From positions 64,001 through 128,000 of IMG/VR virus record IMGVR_UViG_3300008448_000004: DNA of 64,000 bases. The stretch is one strand, 5' to 3'. Positions within the stretch are counted from its first letter, which is position 1, and every line of letters starts with the position of its first letter. The position numbers and the translations under genes were made by a program. Of the stretch, positions 9,812 to 19,302 are shown piece after piece. The stretch is from a virus. Under the pieces are notes generated by a model that saw nothing but the letters and a program-made list of their open reading frames with translations, was not told the origin of the DNA and searched no databases.

Positions 9812-10480
9812 TTAGTACTTTAGTAAATGTCTACTATCTGTTACTTTCATTTCTATATCAGAATAGTCAGCTTTTTGCCAAGCTAATGCTGGGTAGAAGG
9901 AGTATGTAGGTACTACTGAATGTAGTAATGCTAGCCATACATCGGCGCTAACTACGTTAGTGTATGTAATAGGAGGAGTCATCTCGAGAATTCTGAGTAG
10001 GTGGTATTCTAAATTGTAATGTATGTACTCAAAAGCTTCTTTCCTGTAGCCTATTGCATGAGTAGATAAACTACTTTTACACCTTAAAATATTAGGGTGT
10101 TCTGTTGTATACACTCCGTTGCTGTGATTACCTCCGAAATATAACATACCCCAGTCGCCGGGTACTTGTTCGATATACTCAGCGAAACGTTGGTTAAAGT
10201 CTTCCGGAAATTCAACATCATCTTCTAAGAGCAGTACATTGCCTGCGCCCTCTGCAATTAGCTTATTAAAGAAGCCGACAAAACTATCTAGGTGAGCTAC
10301 ATTAGCTCTATATCTCTGCTCATACTCCGTATCAATAAAAATATCTTTCCAATCGGTAGCTGAATATCTTTCAACTAAGAGATTGTGTTTTTTAAAAACC
10401 TCTTGGGAAGTTTCCCATCTATCTGTTCTCCTATCTAGATTAAGGCAGTATGTTTTATCAAAAAACTGATTAGGTGTCAT
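9812..10480 (-). CDS. GT25-family glycosyltransferase
   Basis: CLNLDRRTDR, LLLEDDV, MLYFGG, STHAIGY. Confidence 0.8.
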   Translation of the reverse strand: MTPNQFFDKTYCLNLDRRTDRWETSQEVFKKHNLLVERYSATDWKDIFIDTEYEQRYRANVAHLDSFVGFFNKLIAEGAGNVLLLEDDVEFPEDFNQRFAEYIEQVPGDWGMLYFGGNHSNGVYTTEHPNILRCKSSLSTHAIGYRKEAFEYIHYNLEYHLLRILEMTPPITYTNVVSADVWLALLHSVVPTYSFYPALAWQKADYSDIEMKVTDSRHLLKY

Positions 10481-11112
10481 AACGTGCTGTATAGTTCGTT
10501 CTGTTTTTCTTGGCGTTCAATAGTCTTAGGATGTATTAAATCATACCCTTCTGGAAGGTAGCTTGCTTCTCTTGCTCCGACTATACGTTCATGCACTTTA
10601 TTTACCCAGCCAATCTCAGAAGTATTCTTAAGTATACGTGTCTGATAATCAGGGTAGTTAACCCATCCATTTTCATTAACATACCATCTCCACTTCAGTA
10701 TATGTTCTTGAGTCAATCCTTCTACTGTATTAATTCTAGGAACAGCATAGAGTTCAACACTAGGGTTAAGTTCCAGTATCTCTGGCAAGGCCGTTAATAG
10801 CTCTTCGGAAGGGTATTCATCAGCGTCTATTTGAAAAATGTAATCTTTAGTACAGCGTCTTTTTAGGTTATTTTTATATGCTGAAAAGTCTTTATTTAAA
10901 GGATAGAAAGTTAGCTTTACGTTGCTGTAGATATTATCTCTAGAATCAGCTAACTGTTTCATAACTTTCTGAACTTCAACAGTAGTGTTCTTTTCATCTG
11001 CTTGTACGACAAGTTCATCTTCTTCTCTCAAAAAGGGTAGGAGTATTTTTCCTAACCTCTCTAATTCCCTATGTTCATTACAAACGGTTACTGCGTAGGA
11101 GATACTAGGCAT
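10477..11112 (-). CDS. GT2-family glycosyltransferase
   Basis: SYAVTVCNE, FQIDADE, PDYQTR, VHER. Confidence 0.8.
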   Translation of the reverse strand: MPSISYAVTVCNEHRELERLGKILLPFLREEDELVVQADEKNTTVEVQKVMKQLADSRDNIYSNVKLTFYPLNKDFSAYKNNLKRRCTKDYIFQIDADEYPSEELLTALPEILELNPSVELYAVPRINTVEGLTQEHILKWRWYVNENGWVNYPDYQTRILKNTSEIGWVNKVHERIVGAREASYLPEGYDLIHPKTIERQEKQNELYSTL

Positions 11113-11115
11113 CTT

Positions 11116-11568
11116 TTAAGGTTTGAAGTTGAAAACACCCACATAATCGCAAGCTTCTATAAAGTCTGTTCCGAAAAGCTTAAGCGTTTTTGTATCGCTT
11201 AAGTGTGTTATGTTCTTCTTAGCGTACTTTTCTTTTTCTTCTGCGGTTAATTCTCTAACCAATATACCTGCCCACTGCCAGTCTTCTGAATTAACTCCGT
11301 TAATAAACACTGTTCCTTTTTCCGGAATATTAATAGTAGACGGATACCATTTGCGTCCATCAGAGTCGATCTTTGCTAGGTCCTTATAAAGCTCTGGGTA
11401 TCCGATTTCGAGTTCCTCAAAGTCGAATTCTCCTACTCTCATTAAATCTGTTGTGTTATAACCACACCCCCAGCAAAAATAGCTATTAGCAAATTCACTA
11501 ATGGGAGCTATATAACATGCATCGCATTCGCATAGAGGACAGTGTCCTAAATTATCTCTACTTGTCAT
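11116..11568 (-). CDS. hypothetical Zn-ribbon protein
   Basis: CPLC..C and CWGCG. Confidence 0.6.
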   Translation of the reverse strand: MTSRDNLGHCPLCECDACYIAPISEFANSYFCWGCGYNTTDLMRVGEFDFEELEIGYPELYKDLAKIDSDGRKWYPSTINIPEKGTVFINGVNSEDWQWAGILVRELTAEEKEKYAKKNITHLSDTKTLKLFGTDFIEACDYVGVFNFKP

Positions 11569-11786
11569 AGTATTCTTTCTTCTGTTGTTGTATAACTATT
11601 AAATACAGGAATTTCTGTGTGATTTACAACTCCTGCGGGGTACCCTGGTATATAAGGAATGTTGCTAGGAGTGCTTATTTCATTGAGTTCCTCCATTATT
11701 AGTTCCCAATCCTCGGTACTAATTTCACCTTCTCGCTTAGCTGCTGCGAAGCCTTTAAGCCATGTTACGAATTCACTACTTGTCAT
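11565..11786 (-). CDS. hypothetical protein
   Basis: 73-aa ORF with ATGA-type overlaps on both sides. Confidence 0.55.
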   Translation of the reverse strand: MTSSEFVTWLKGFAAAKREGEISTEDWELIMEELNEISTPSNIPYIPGYPAGVVNHTEIPVFNSYTTTEERIL

Positions 11787-13098
11787 TGCTTGTTGCTTTT
11801 GTAAGTTTTGGAATATTGAGTGTTGGCATTTTAGGGAGAACTAAAGCTTGAAACTTCGGAGCTTTCTCGTTCAAGAACTTATTTAAGAGCTCCGACATTG
11901 CATCAAAGCTAAACTCTTTTTTTGCTTTATAGGCTTGTCGTTTAGCTAGGTCCAAGTACTTATCGTAGTTTTCATATAGTTCTAACATCATTTGATTAGT
12001 CTGAAGAGGGTCTGGTGCAAACCAGGATGCTTCGGCTATAATGGTGTTTTCTACGACTGCGCTTGGATGTACTTTAGTTAAACTACCGGACAATAGAAAA
12101 GTAAATTTAGGGTCTAGAAAATCTGTATGACCAGACCAACCGCTTGCTATAATAGGTTTTTTAACTTGAGTAAATTCAAGAAGGGGTCTTCCAAATCCTT
12201 CCCCTTTTGTGAAGTTAAGCATTGCTTTGACTTTAGGGTGGTTGTAGAGGTAATTAATCTCCTCCTCAGGCAGGTCTCCATATAGTAAATATATTCTAGG
12301 CAAATCTCCCTGTACTACATTTTGAATTTCAGAAAGTCTGCTAAGTATAACGTCTCTGTCAACAATGCTTGCACCGCTCATAGCAGTTTTCAAAATCAAG
12401 GCTGGTTTGTTCTTTCTATTTTTAAAAGTTTCTAAGAAAGCTTTTACCATGTAGCCTACATTTTTTCTATCCTCGTTTATGGAACCGGGTAGCCAATGCC
12501 CGACGAATAGGTAGCAGAAATCTTCTTCGATACTGTCTAAATCCTCTATTAATTCTGTTGCAGGGAGATCTGCATCCTCTATGGAGTAGTATTTATTAAG
12601 ATCAACTCCTTCAAATAAAACTTCAACTGGGACTTTTAATTCGATAACACCTGTGGTCTGATCTTGTTTATTTCTGATTTCTGCTCTAGAATTTACAAAA
12701 ACATTCTTAGCATGATTAGAAGAAACCAATACTAGGTTCATTCTATTACAACCTTCTATCCAAGAAGGATGACATATGTTAGTTTCAATCCCTGCCGTGA
12801 CTCCACAGTTCCATTTGCCTACAGGTTGAAACTCAGTCGGAATTGTAATTTGAAACCAGTAGTCCGGCTGTTTAGGAAGTTGGTTACCTGCCAACATATA
12901 CTTTTTCATCCATCCCCATTCTTGTTCGTGGTCTGATAAGTATCCGAAAGGTAAAGCACCCCATCTTTGAGACATGATTTTAATTTCCCATTCTTCTCCT
13001 TTCTCTTTTATTAGAGCTTTAATAAAATCTCTAGCACGAGCTCCATATCCGGAGTACGTATCTGGTGGAGCAGAAACTACGCATAACGGTTTATTCAT
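11776..13098 (-). CDS. GT4-like (GT-B) glycosyltransferase
   Basis: SGYGARAR, DRKNVG, KGEGFGRPLLE, SGHTDF. Confidence 0.85.
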   Translation of the reverse strand: MNKPLCVVSAPPDTYSGYGARARDFIKALIKEKGEEWEIKIMSQRWGALPFGYLSDHEQEWGWMKKYMLAGNQLPKQPDYWFQITIPTEFQPVGKWNCGVTAGIETNICHPSWIEGCNRMNLVLVSSNHAKNVFVNSRAEIRNKQDQTTGVIELKVPVEVLFEGVDLNKYYSIEDADLPATELIEDLDSIEEDFCYLFVGHWLPGSINEDRKNVGYMVKAFLETFKNRKNKPALILKTAMSGASIVDRDVILSRLSEIQNVVQGDLPRIYLLYGDLPEEEINYLYNHPKVKAMLNFTKGEGFGRPLLEFTQVKKPIIASGWSGHTDFLDPKFTFLLSGSLTKVHPSAVVENTIIAEASWFAPDPLQTNQMMLELYENYDKYLDLAKRQAYKAKKEFSFDAMSELLNKFLNEKAPKFQALVLPKMPTLNIPKLTKATSNDK

Positions 13099-13099
13099 A

Positions 13100-14542
13100 T
13101 TAGTAAATTAATTTGTGTGTTAGTTTTTTTCGAGGTAATTTAGCAGCATGTATAAGTTCATGTTGCTTTCTAGGTTTCCATGTCTTTAATGTTTCTTCTA
13201 CTCCTTCTATAATATTCTCTCCCATAAGCTCACCTGACATCATAGCTTCTCTAGAGGTAGCCCATTCACGGCCTTTTAAACCTCTTCTTACTCTTTCTTC
13301 AGAGTCAAGGTTGTAACACTCCTCCATTGCTTGTGCTAAGTCTCTAAAGTCAGCCCTATCGTCCCAAATGTAGGGTGTTGCTAGAGATCCCACCATTGAA
13401 GAGTTAGAAGGAAATACCGGTATAGCCCATTCACCACATTCCTTATACGTACCGAAATGGTTAGAGCAAAAATTCTCATTAAAGTCAATCCACTTACCAT
13501 TCTCATCAACAAACCTCATCTGGTCTTGCATACCACCTGTTACAGTTGCTATAAACATCTTACCGCACATCATCGCTTCAGTTAAAGAGAGACCCCATCC
13601 TTCGTTACTAGAAGGAAGACAGACAGCATCGACGCTGTTGTATAGGTACTTCATGTCTGCAGGAGCGTATTTCGCCGGTGTAAATTCTACATTAGTGTGT
13701 TCTGGGTCGCAAAGTAATTCTTTAACTGCTAGGAGGTCTGTACCGTTTTGATCTAGAGGGTCTGTGTGTAGTAGGAGTAAACATTTTTTTGCTTTCTCTT
13801 TTCCTATCTTTTCGCAGAAGACAGTGTAGCCAGCTATAAGATCTGAGGGACTCTTTCTTCTAATATTTCTAGAATTGTATAAAAATACGAAATCGTATTG
13901 CTTATCTTTAAAAAGATTCTTTTTGAATTCTTCAAGCTTTTTAAACTCTTCTTCGTTGTTCTGGTCAATAGGGATAAACATCTTAGAATTTATACCGTGA
14001 GGTACATACTTCAACACTTTATCCTTTGTTTTCTCTCCTAAGACTAGCTTGTTTATATTTAAAGTTTGCTTTGATATAGCAAATAAAGCGTCGCAGGATT
14101 CGTAAAAAGATTTATTATATAGCGGAGCAGGCAGATCATCCCAGATGTTTAAGTACATCATCGGAATTTTCTTTCTAATTTCGCTCTCTATTGCAAATAA
14201 CCAACCCCAGTATCTAGGATCTGTAAAAAAGATTATACCGTCTGGTCTTTCTCTATCGATAAGAAATCGTATCAGATCTGCGTTGCCATATCCATTAGTC
14301 GGGTATATAAGACCTGATGCGTCTGGAATGTTAGCGTTTTGACTTAAGTCCTGAGATATATCAATTACTTTTTGCTTATCTGGATGCTCTATCGCAGCAC
14401 CTAGTTGAACCCAGTTAAAACGGTGACAGGTTTGAACTACTAGCTCTCGAGACATAGTAGCAATTCCTGAATGAAGTCTTAGATCGTCTGATAAAAGTAG
14501 TAGTTTCTTTCTTTTTTCTTTTGGAATGTAACCTTCTCTCAT
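13100..14542 (-). CDS. GT4-like (GT-B) glycosyltransferase
   Basis: HSGIATMSR, SRNIRRK, SNEGWGLSLTEAM, TGGMQDQ. Confidence 0.85.
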   Translation of the reverse strand: MREGYIPKEKRKKLLLLSDDLRLHSGIATMSRELVVQTCHRFNWVQLGAAIEHPDKQKVIDISQDLSQNANIPDASGLIYPTNGYGNADLIRFLIDRERPDGIIFFTDPRYWGWLFAIESEIRKKIPMMYLNIWDDLPAPLYNKSFYESCDALFAISKQTLNINKLVLGEKTKDKVLKYVPHGINSKMFIPIDQNNEEEFKKLEEFKKNLFKDKQYDFVFLYNSRNIRRKSPSDLIAGYTVFCEKIGKEKAKKCLLLLHTDPLDQNGTDLLAVKELLCDPEHTNVEFTPAKYAPADMKYLYNSVDAVCLPSSNEGWGLSLTEAMMCGKMFIATVTGGMQDQMRFVDENGKWIDFNENFCSNHFGTYKECGEWAIPVFPSNSSMVGSLATPYIWDDRADFRDLAQAMEECYNLDSEERVRRGLKGREWATSREAMMSGELMGENIIEGVEETLKTWKPRKQHELIHAAKLPRKKLTHKLIY

Positions 14543-14554
14543 AAACTAATTTAA

Positions 14555-14758
14555 TTACTTAACTTTTGATTCTTGTGGAAGCTGTAAATGATTGTGTGTT
14601 AATATTTGTTTTCTGAATTCTTCATCTGTTAAAAATAAATGTATACACCTGTCTGTTAATTTCTGAAGTGAAAATTTATGGCGTATGCAGAGTATTTTAA
14701 ATTCTTGAAATAAATCAGCGTCAACTTTAACACTGGTTAATTGTTGTTTCGTACTCAT
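14555..14758 (-). CDS. small ribbon-helix-helix-like DNA-binding protein
   Basis: LTSVKVDADLFQEFKILC...SLQKL beta-helix-helix pattern; start MSTKQQ follows two TATTTATA motifs. Confidence 0.5.
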   Translation of the reverse strand: MSTKQQLTSVKVDADLFQEFKILCIRHKFSLQKLTDRCIHLFLTDEEFRKQILTHNHLQLPQESKVK

Positions 14759-14804
14759 ATACTTGTTTATAAATAAATATATAAATACAGAGAAAAACAA
14801 TCAA

Positions 14805-15695
14805 CTATTGAGTATTATTTTTTTTATCACAAATATCGGGTCTATCATTAAAAGGACAAAACTTACAAGAATCCCCAACATTTTTATAATATTCTTTTTC
14901 TACATAAGCTCCTTCAGAAGTAAAGCACTCTGTGATAAAAGATTGAAAATCTTCATAAGCTTTCTTTACTTTAGTCTTTCCGTGAGCTGGTTTGAATTCT
15001 TGCACTCTGTGAATAGGAAACTCTGCTATTTCGGGAACTTTTCTTTTTACAATAAAAAAGGTAACATCTACATCTTCTTCCGATACTTGATTCATATCTG
15101 CAAAAAATCTCTTATAGAGTAGTACCTGATTTACTTTTTTCTCGTCTTTCTTATCTTGATCGGTCCATCCTCTTGTAGATGTTTTTATATCGTATATACT
15201 GTATCTCTTAAGTTTTTTATCGTATAAGATAAAGTCGATAGCACCTTTGAGTGTAACATTGTCTATTCCCTTATTAGCTTGGGTTAAAACAGGTATCTCT
15301 ATACCTATAAGGTCTACATCACGTACAGAAAAATACCTGCTTCTCTTCTTTCTAACCCAGTCTAAGATAGCTAACCCATCTAGGTAGAACTCTTGCAATT
15401 CTTCTTTACTGGAAAAATGCTCGCCGTTATATTCTTGTACTCTTTTTTTATACTCCTCTATAAACCTTTGTTTAAAGTCTAAACAGAGATCCATTTTATC
15501 TGCTGCGGAAGCAGATTGGGTGTACATGACTTTAAGCCATAGCTGTAGTGTCTCGTGAATACTTGTACCGAAGACTAGATGTATCGAAGGTTTAAAATTA
15601 TAGAGACCTTTTACATACTGGGAATACCATAGATAAGGACAAGTCTTATAGAGAGAATACTGTGAGTAAGAAACAGTTTTTTTCTTTCTAGCCAT
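14805..15695 (-). CDS. PD-(D/E)XK exonuclease, Cas4/RecB-like, with probable Fe-S cysteines
   Basis: SYSQ..TCP, GTSIH, GAID, YDIKTS, QVLLY, CKFCP..C. Confidence 0.85.
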   Translation of the reverse strand: MARKKKTVSYSQYSLYKTCPYLWYSQYVKGLYNFKPSIHLVFGTSIHETLQLWLKVMYTQSASAADKMDLCLDFKQRFIEEYKKRVQEYNGEHFSSKEELQEFYLDGLAILDWVRKKRSRYFSVRDVDLIGIEIPVLTQANKGIDNVTLKGAIDFILYDKKLKRYSIYDIKTSTRGWTDQDKKDEKKVNQVLLYKRFFADMNQVSEEDVDVTFFIVKRKVPEIAEFPIHRVQEFKPAHGKTKVKKAYEDFQSFITECFTSEGAYVEKEYYKNVGDSCKFCPFNDRPDICDKKNNTQ

Positions 15696-15903
15696 TTGTT
15701 TTGTTCTTCAGCTCCTGCTCTATTCGAGTAATATATAGAAGCCCGTCCATCAACTCTTCTCTAAAGTGCTGGATCCAGTCAAGCAATTCAAGGTCTGTTC
15801 TATCTAAATCAGTACCGTATTTAGCTTTGCCTTTCTTAGCTCTTTCAAGAAACATTTCTCTAACATTCTGAACGATAGAGTCTGGTTGGAAGTTATTCTC
15901 CAT
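15688..15903 (-). CDS. small all-helical protein, possible MazG-like NTP pyrophosphatase
   Basis: KYGTDLDR..WIQHFREELMD acidic EExxD helix; start MENNFQ at 15903. Confidence 0.4.
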   Translation of the reverse strand: MENNFQPDSIVQNVREMFLERAKKGKAKYGTDLDRTDLELLDWIQHFREELMDGLLYITRIEQELKNKTNG

Positions 15904-16129
15904 CTTGTACTCCTTTAAGTGGTTCAGGGATGAACTCTTCGTTAACGTGACTGCATTTAGAGCAGGCAAAAGTGGGTATAGGTAGAACAGAATCTCTGCT
16001 TGAGGCTGTTAGAAATTTAGAAACCTTTCTCAGATATAATACCTCTTTGAAAGTATCGTTGGAGCATTCTTCACATACGATAGGAAGTGTTTTTTCTATC
16101 TGTAAATTAATCTGACCTTGTTCTTGCAT
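15893..16129 (-). CDS. hypothetical Zn-ribbon protein
   Basis: CEEC and CSKC. Confidence 0.6.
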   Translation of the reverse strand: MQEQGQINLQIEKTLPIVCEECSNDTFKEVLYLRKVSKFLTASSRDSVLPIPTFACSKCSHVNEEFIPEPLKGVQDGE

Positions 16130-16141
16130 AATTGTTTATTT

Positions 16142-16171
16142 TAAAAATAAGAATTTAATATTAATGAGCAA
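16142..16171 (-). promoter_or_regulatory. Bacteroidota-type promoter (TTTG-N19-TATTTTTA)
   Basis: Spacing and consensus match; upstream of 16129. Confidence 0.5.
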
Positions 16172-16177
16172 ACTTTT

Positions 16178-18487
16178 TTAGTGACCATCTCTAAGATTAT
16201 GTGCTAGCTCCGGTGGTGCTTTTAAGGTAATACCGGAAGGTTGAGTTGTTGTCTCCATTAAGTGTTTGACAATTTTAGCAGCTTCTTGTGCTTGTTCTTC
16301 TTTAACTAAAATTACTAGCTGGTCATGTATCTGGGCAACAACTTGTCCGTCCCAACCCTTCTCTCTAAACGCTCTGTTAATGGCTAGAGCAGCTCGGTTA
16401 ACTACTGATGCAGCGTAAGACTGGATCTGAAAGTTTAGTACGTTATTTAGTCCGTTACGGTAATCTCTATATAGATTCATAACTACTTCTTTGCCGTATT
16501 CAGTCTCTAATTCTTTTCGCACTCTCCAGTCCATTATCCTATCTTGCATACTCTCATAGACCTCTTTCACAACAGGTAAATGTCTGATGCGACCAACTGC
16601 ATTTTTAATATAGCCGTTTTCTTTAACAAACTCCCTAGATTTATTAATCCAGTTTGCAACTCCCGGGAATCCTTCTAGATAAGCAGCGTGAAGTCTTTCT
16701 CCTTCTTTCTGCGGTACTCCTAGTGACATTGCAAGAGCGTAAGGAGACATACCATAAGCAATACCCAGTGAGTAAGCTTTAGCTTTATTACGCTTAGGTG
16801 CATCTAGCTTCTTAAGAAAGTTAGGTGCTTTCTTATCTGCAGAGACTCCTTCTAGTTTTTCAGTCTTAATAGCCACGTAAGAATAGAAATCATATCCAGT
16901 ATCGAATATCTCTTGCAAGTTTTTATCATCCGATATAGATGCAAAAAGATGCGGTTCCAAGGATTCGTAGTCACAATCAATAAAAAGATATCCTGGATCT
17001 GATACAAAGAATGCTCGTATCTGGTTTGTATATTTGATGATAATTTCAGCAGCTTCGCCATCTTCCTTCGGTCTTGGCAGCTGTTGAAGGTCAGATCCGT
17101 ATCGTCCTGATACAGTTCCGTTTTGTTTAAAGTAGGGGTAAAATCTTCCATCTTCTGCGCTAGTTAAAAACCTATCTACATAGGCAGATTTAATCTTCAA
17201 AAGCTTATTATAAATACGTAAATTTTCTGCCCAGGTGTGTTTATCTGAGATAGCTTGGATCATATCGTCGTCAAATTGCGGCTTGCCTTTTGTTGTTTCG
17301 GATAAAGGTTTAATACCTAGTACATCAAAAGCTATCTTACCCATTTGATCTTTTGACTGTATATTAAAGTAATCCCCGTTAGACTCTCTCCACAACTTCA
17401 AGCTAATCCTGGCGATCTCGGTTATATCTAGAAAAGACTTGTCTCCTGTTAAAAGAAAAAACTTAAGGTTACTATCAGGTAGTATAGATATTACTGCTTT
17501 ATTTAAAGTATACTTTCCGGATTTATCCGATTTAGGTAGGTTAAGTTTGTGATGCTCTACAAGAGCTTGAGCAAAGCCTCCTTTGTGTGAGGGAGGGTAT
17601 TCGGCTGTTGCCTGGTCTATAATCCACTTTCGTATTTTAGTATTAGCTAGAAGTTCATCTGTGACTGCTTTTTTATAAGCTTCTAGATCTTTCTCAATTT
17701 CATTCTTAGTTGCTTGTATAAGAGGTATGTCTAACATAATACCTTTTTCCTCCATCGGAATAGTTACTTCTCTATAAAGAGGCATTACTTCGTCTTCAAA
17801 GAAAAACTTATGTAGTCCTTCCTCGACAAGCTTTGTCATAAAGTGGTTGTATATCCTCAAAGTTAAGTCAGTATCGGCTGCAGCGTATTCTGAGAGTATG
17901 TTTAGGTCTGCTTTGTAGATCTCGTAATTATCTTTAGTGGTTGAACCTCCATTCTTCTTAATGCTATCTTTGAGTGCAACCTGCTCTTTGTTAGCTCTCT
18001 CCTCTACATCTAATCCAATCTCTTTCTGTACCATAATTGCAATCTCTTTCAATCCGAAAGGTTTACCTCCGAATCCAAAAGCGCCTTCTTCCCTAACGGT
18101 ATGTACGAGTAATGCAGTATCAGCATGGAGAGAAGGTAGTAGGTCTACTCCATAAAAGTTTTTCGTGAATCGAACGTCGAAAGAGGCATTGTGCATAACA
18201 AGCTTCTTACCTACTAGCATTTCAATAATCTTTCTAGCTAAGGTATGTGCACCAGTCCCTTCTATAATGACTTCTTCTAGAGCTTGCTTATCAGAATTCC
18301 AGACCATAACAGGAAAGTAAAAACCTATTCCTATTTCTCCTGAGACTGAGAATCCAATTACTTTTCCTTTTCTTACGTTAAGACTGTTAGTCTCAGTATC
18401 GAAGGCAATATACTCTGAGTCTTTAATATGCTGGTAGAGTAGCTTTAAAGATTCTTTGTCTGTAACTGTATAGTACTTTTTTTCCAT
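16178..18487 (-). CDS. polA: family A DNA polymerase with 3'-5' exonuclease
   Basis: FDTET exo I; TVSGRY..DLQQLP; DYESLEP (motif A); KAKAYSLGIAYG (motif B, Leu at the 762-equivalent); QIHDQL (motif C). Confidence 0.95.
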   Translation of the reverse strand: MEKKYYTVTDKESLKLLYQHIKDSEYIAFDTETNSLNVRKGKVIGFSVSGEIGIGFYFPVMVWNSDKQALEEVIIEGTGAHTLARKIIEMLVGKKLVMHNASFDVRFTKNFYGVDLLPSLHADTALLVHTVREEGAFGFGGKPFGLKEIAIMVQKEIGLDVEERANKEQVALKDSIKKNGGSTTKDNYEIYKADLNILSEYAAADTDLTLRIYNHFMTKLVEEGLHKFFFEDEVMPLYREVTIPMEEKGIMLDIPLIQATKNEIEKDLEAYKKAVTDELLANTKIRKWIIDQATAEYPPSHKGGFAQALVEHHKLNLPKSDKSGKYTLNKAVISILPDSNLKFFLLTGDKSFLDITEIARISLKLWRESNGDYFNIQSKDQMGKIAFDVLGIKPLSETTKGKPQFDDDMIQAISDKHTWAENLRIYNKLLKIKSAYVDRFLTSAEDGRFYPYFKQNGTVSGRYGSDLQQLPRPKEDGEAAEIIIKYTNQIRAFFVSDPGYLFIDCDYESLEPHLFASISDDKNLQEIFDTGYDFYSYVAIKTEKLEGVSADKKAPNFLKKLDAPKRNKAKAYSLGIAYGMSPYALAMSLGVPQKEGERLHAAYLEGFPGVANWINKSREFVKENGYIKNAVGRIRHLPVVKEVYESMQDRIMDWRVRKELETEYGKEVVMNLYRDYRNGLNNVLNFQIQSYAASVVNRAALAINRAFREKGWDGQVVAQIHDQLVILVKEEQAQEAAKIVKHLMETTTQPSGITLKAPPELAHNLRDGH

Positions 18488-18491
18488 ACAG

Positions 18492-18521
18492 TAAATATAA
18501 GGAATTTATAGCGTTATTCAA
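18492..18521 (-). promoter_or_regulatory. Bacteroidota-type promoter (TTG-N19-TATATTTA) for polA
   Basis: Consensus match 4 nt upstream of the polA ATG. Confidence 0.6.
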
Positions 18522-18522
18522 A

Positions 18523-19302
18523 CTATAAAATGTTCTTAGAGCTTCTCTCAAGTCTCTGTTGTTCATCTTGGAACCACCTCCATTTTATATATCTCCAGTC
18601 TGATAACACTCTACTACCGGGGTGTCCTTCTCTTGCGTTTTGAGAATTCCTCATTAGCTCTTTAGTACTTTCAACTTCTCGATATCCCTTTTCCCAGCCT
18701 ATTTTTTCTATTAATTTTAGAGCTTCTGGTGAGTGGGTTGTTCCGTAATGTATATATCGGTAAGTAGAGTCTTTTGGTGCTCTTATTTCCGGGAAATACT
18801 GGGCGATACCGTGCATGTAACCGTCGAAGTATAGTATATCTCCGAATAAGCCGGATGAAGTATTGTTACCGTGTTTCTGCTCTATCCATTCGTATATACT
18901 ACGGTGTGTTGCAGGAAACCAGCAATAGGGTGCTGAGAATATAAAAGAAGGTATTTCGTAGTACTCTTCGAGTCTGTATTTTAAATCTCCCGGATCTGTT
19001 AGTATTGCATCATCATTCCAGATCTGTAAATAGCGCCCTGTAGCTACTCCGTAGAGAGAGTTGTGGTACTCCGGAAGATCCATATAACCTCGTCCTTGCG
19101 GGGATACGATAACTTTCAAATCCGGGCCAGCTAATTTTCTCAAAGCCTCAAAACTAGCAATATCATCGTCATCGATTTTCACACATATCTCTATTGACAT
19201 ATGTTGTCCAAATCCGTTTCGTAGACTTGAAATACATTGATCTAATATTTCAGCTCGGTTTCGAGTAGGGAATAAAATACTGAGCAGAGGGGTGTTGTTC
19301 AT
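18523..19302 (-). CDS. GT2-like glycosyltransferase (paralog 1)
   Basis: LLSILFPTRNR..CVKIDDDD..WNDDA. Confidence 0.6.
   Translation of the reverse strand: MNNTPLLSILFPTRNRAEILDQCISSLRNGFGQHMSIEICVKIDDDDIASFEALRKLAGPDLKVIVSPQGRGYMDLPEYHNSLYGVATGRYLQIWNDDAILTDPGDLKYRLEEYYEIPSFIFSAPYCWFPATHRSIYEWIEQKHGNNTSSGLFGDILYFDGYMHGIAQYFPEIRAPKDSTYRYIHYGTTHSPEALKLIEKIGWEKGYREVESTKELMRNSQNAREGHPGSRVLSDWRYIKWRWFQDEQQRLERSSKNIL

Noticed and set aside
14805-15695. Cas4 of a CRISPR locus
   Set aside because: No repeat-spacer array or other cas genes anywhere in the window; Cas4-like exonucleases are common in phages.
16852-17151. 99-aa alternative-frame ORF inside polA, a possible intron-encoded or overprinted gene
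   Set aside because: polA is continuous with all motifs present; there is no endonuclease motif.
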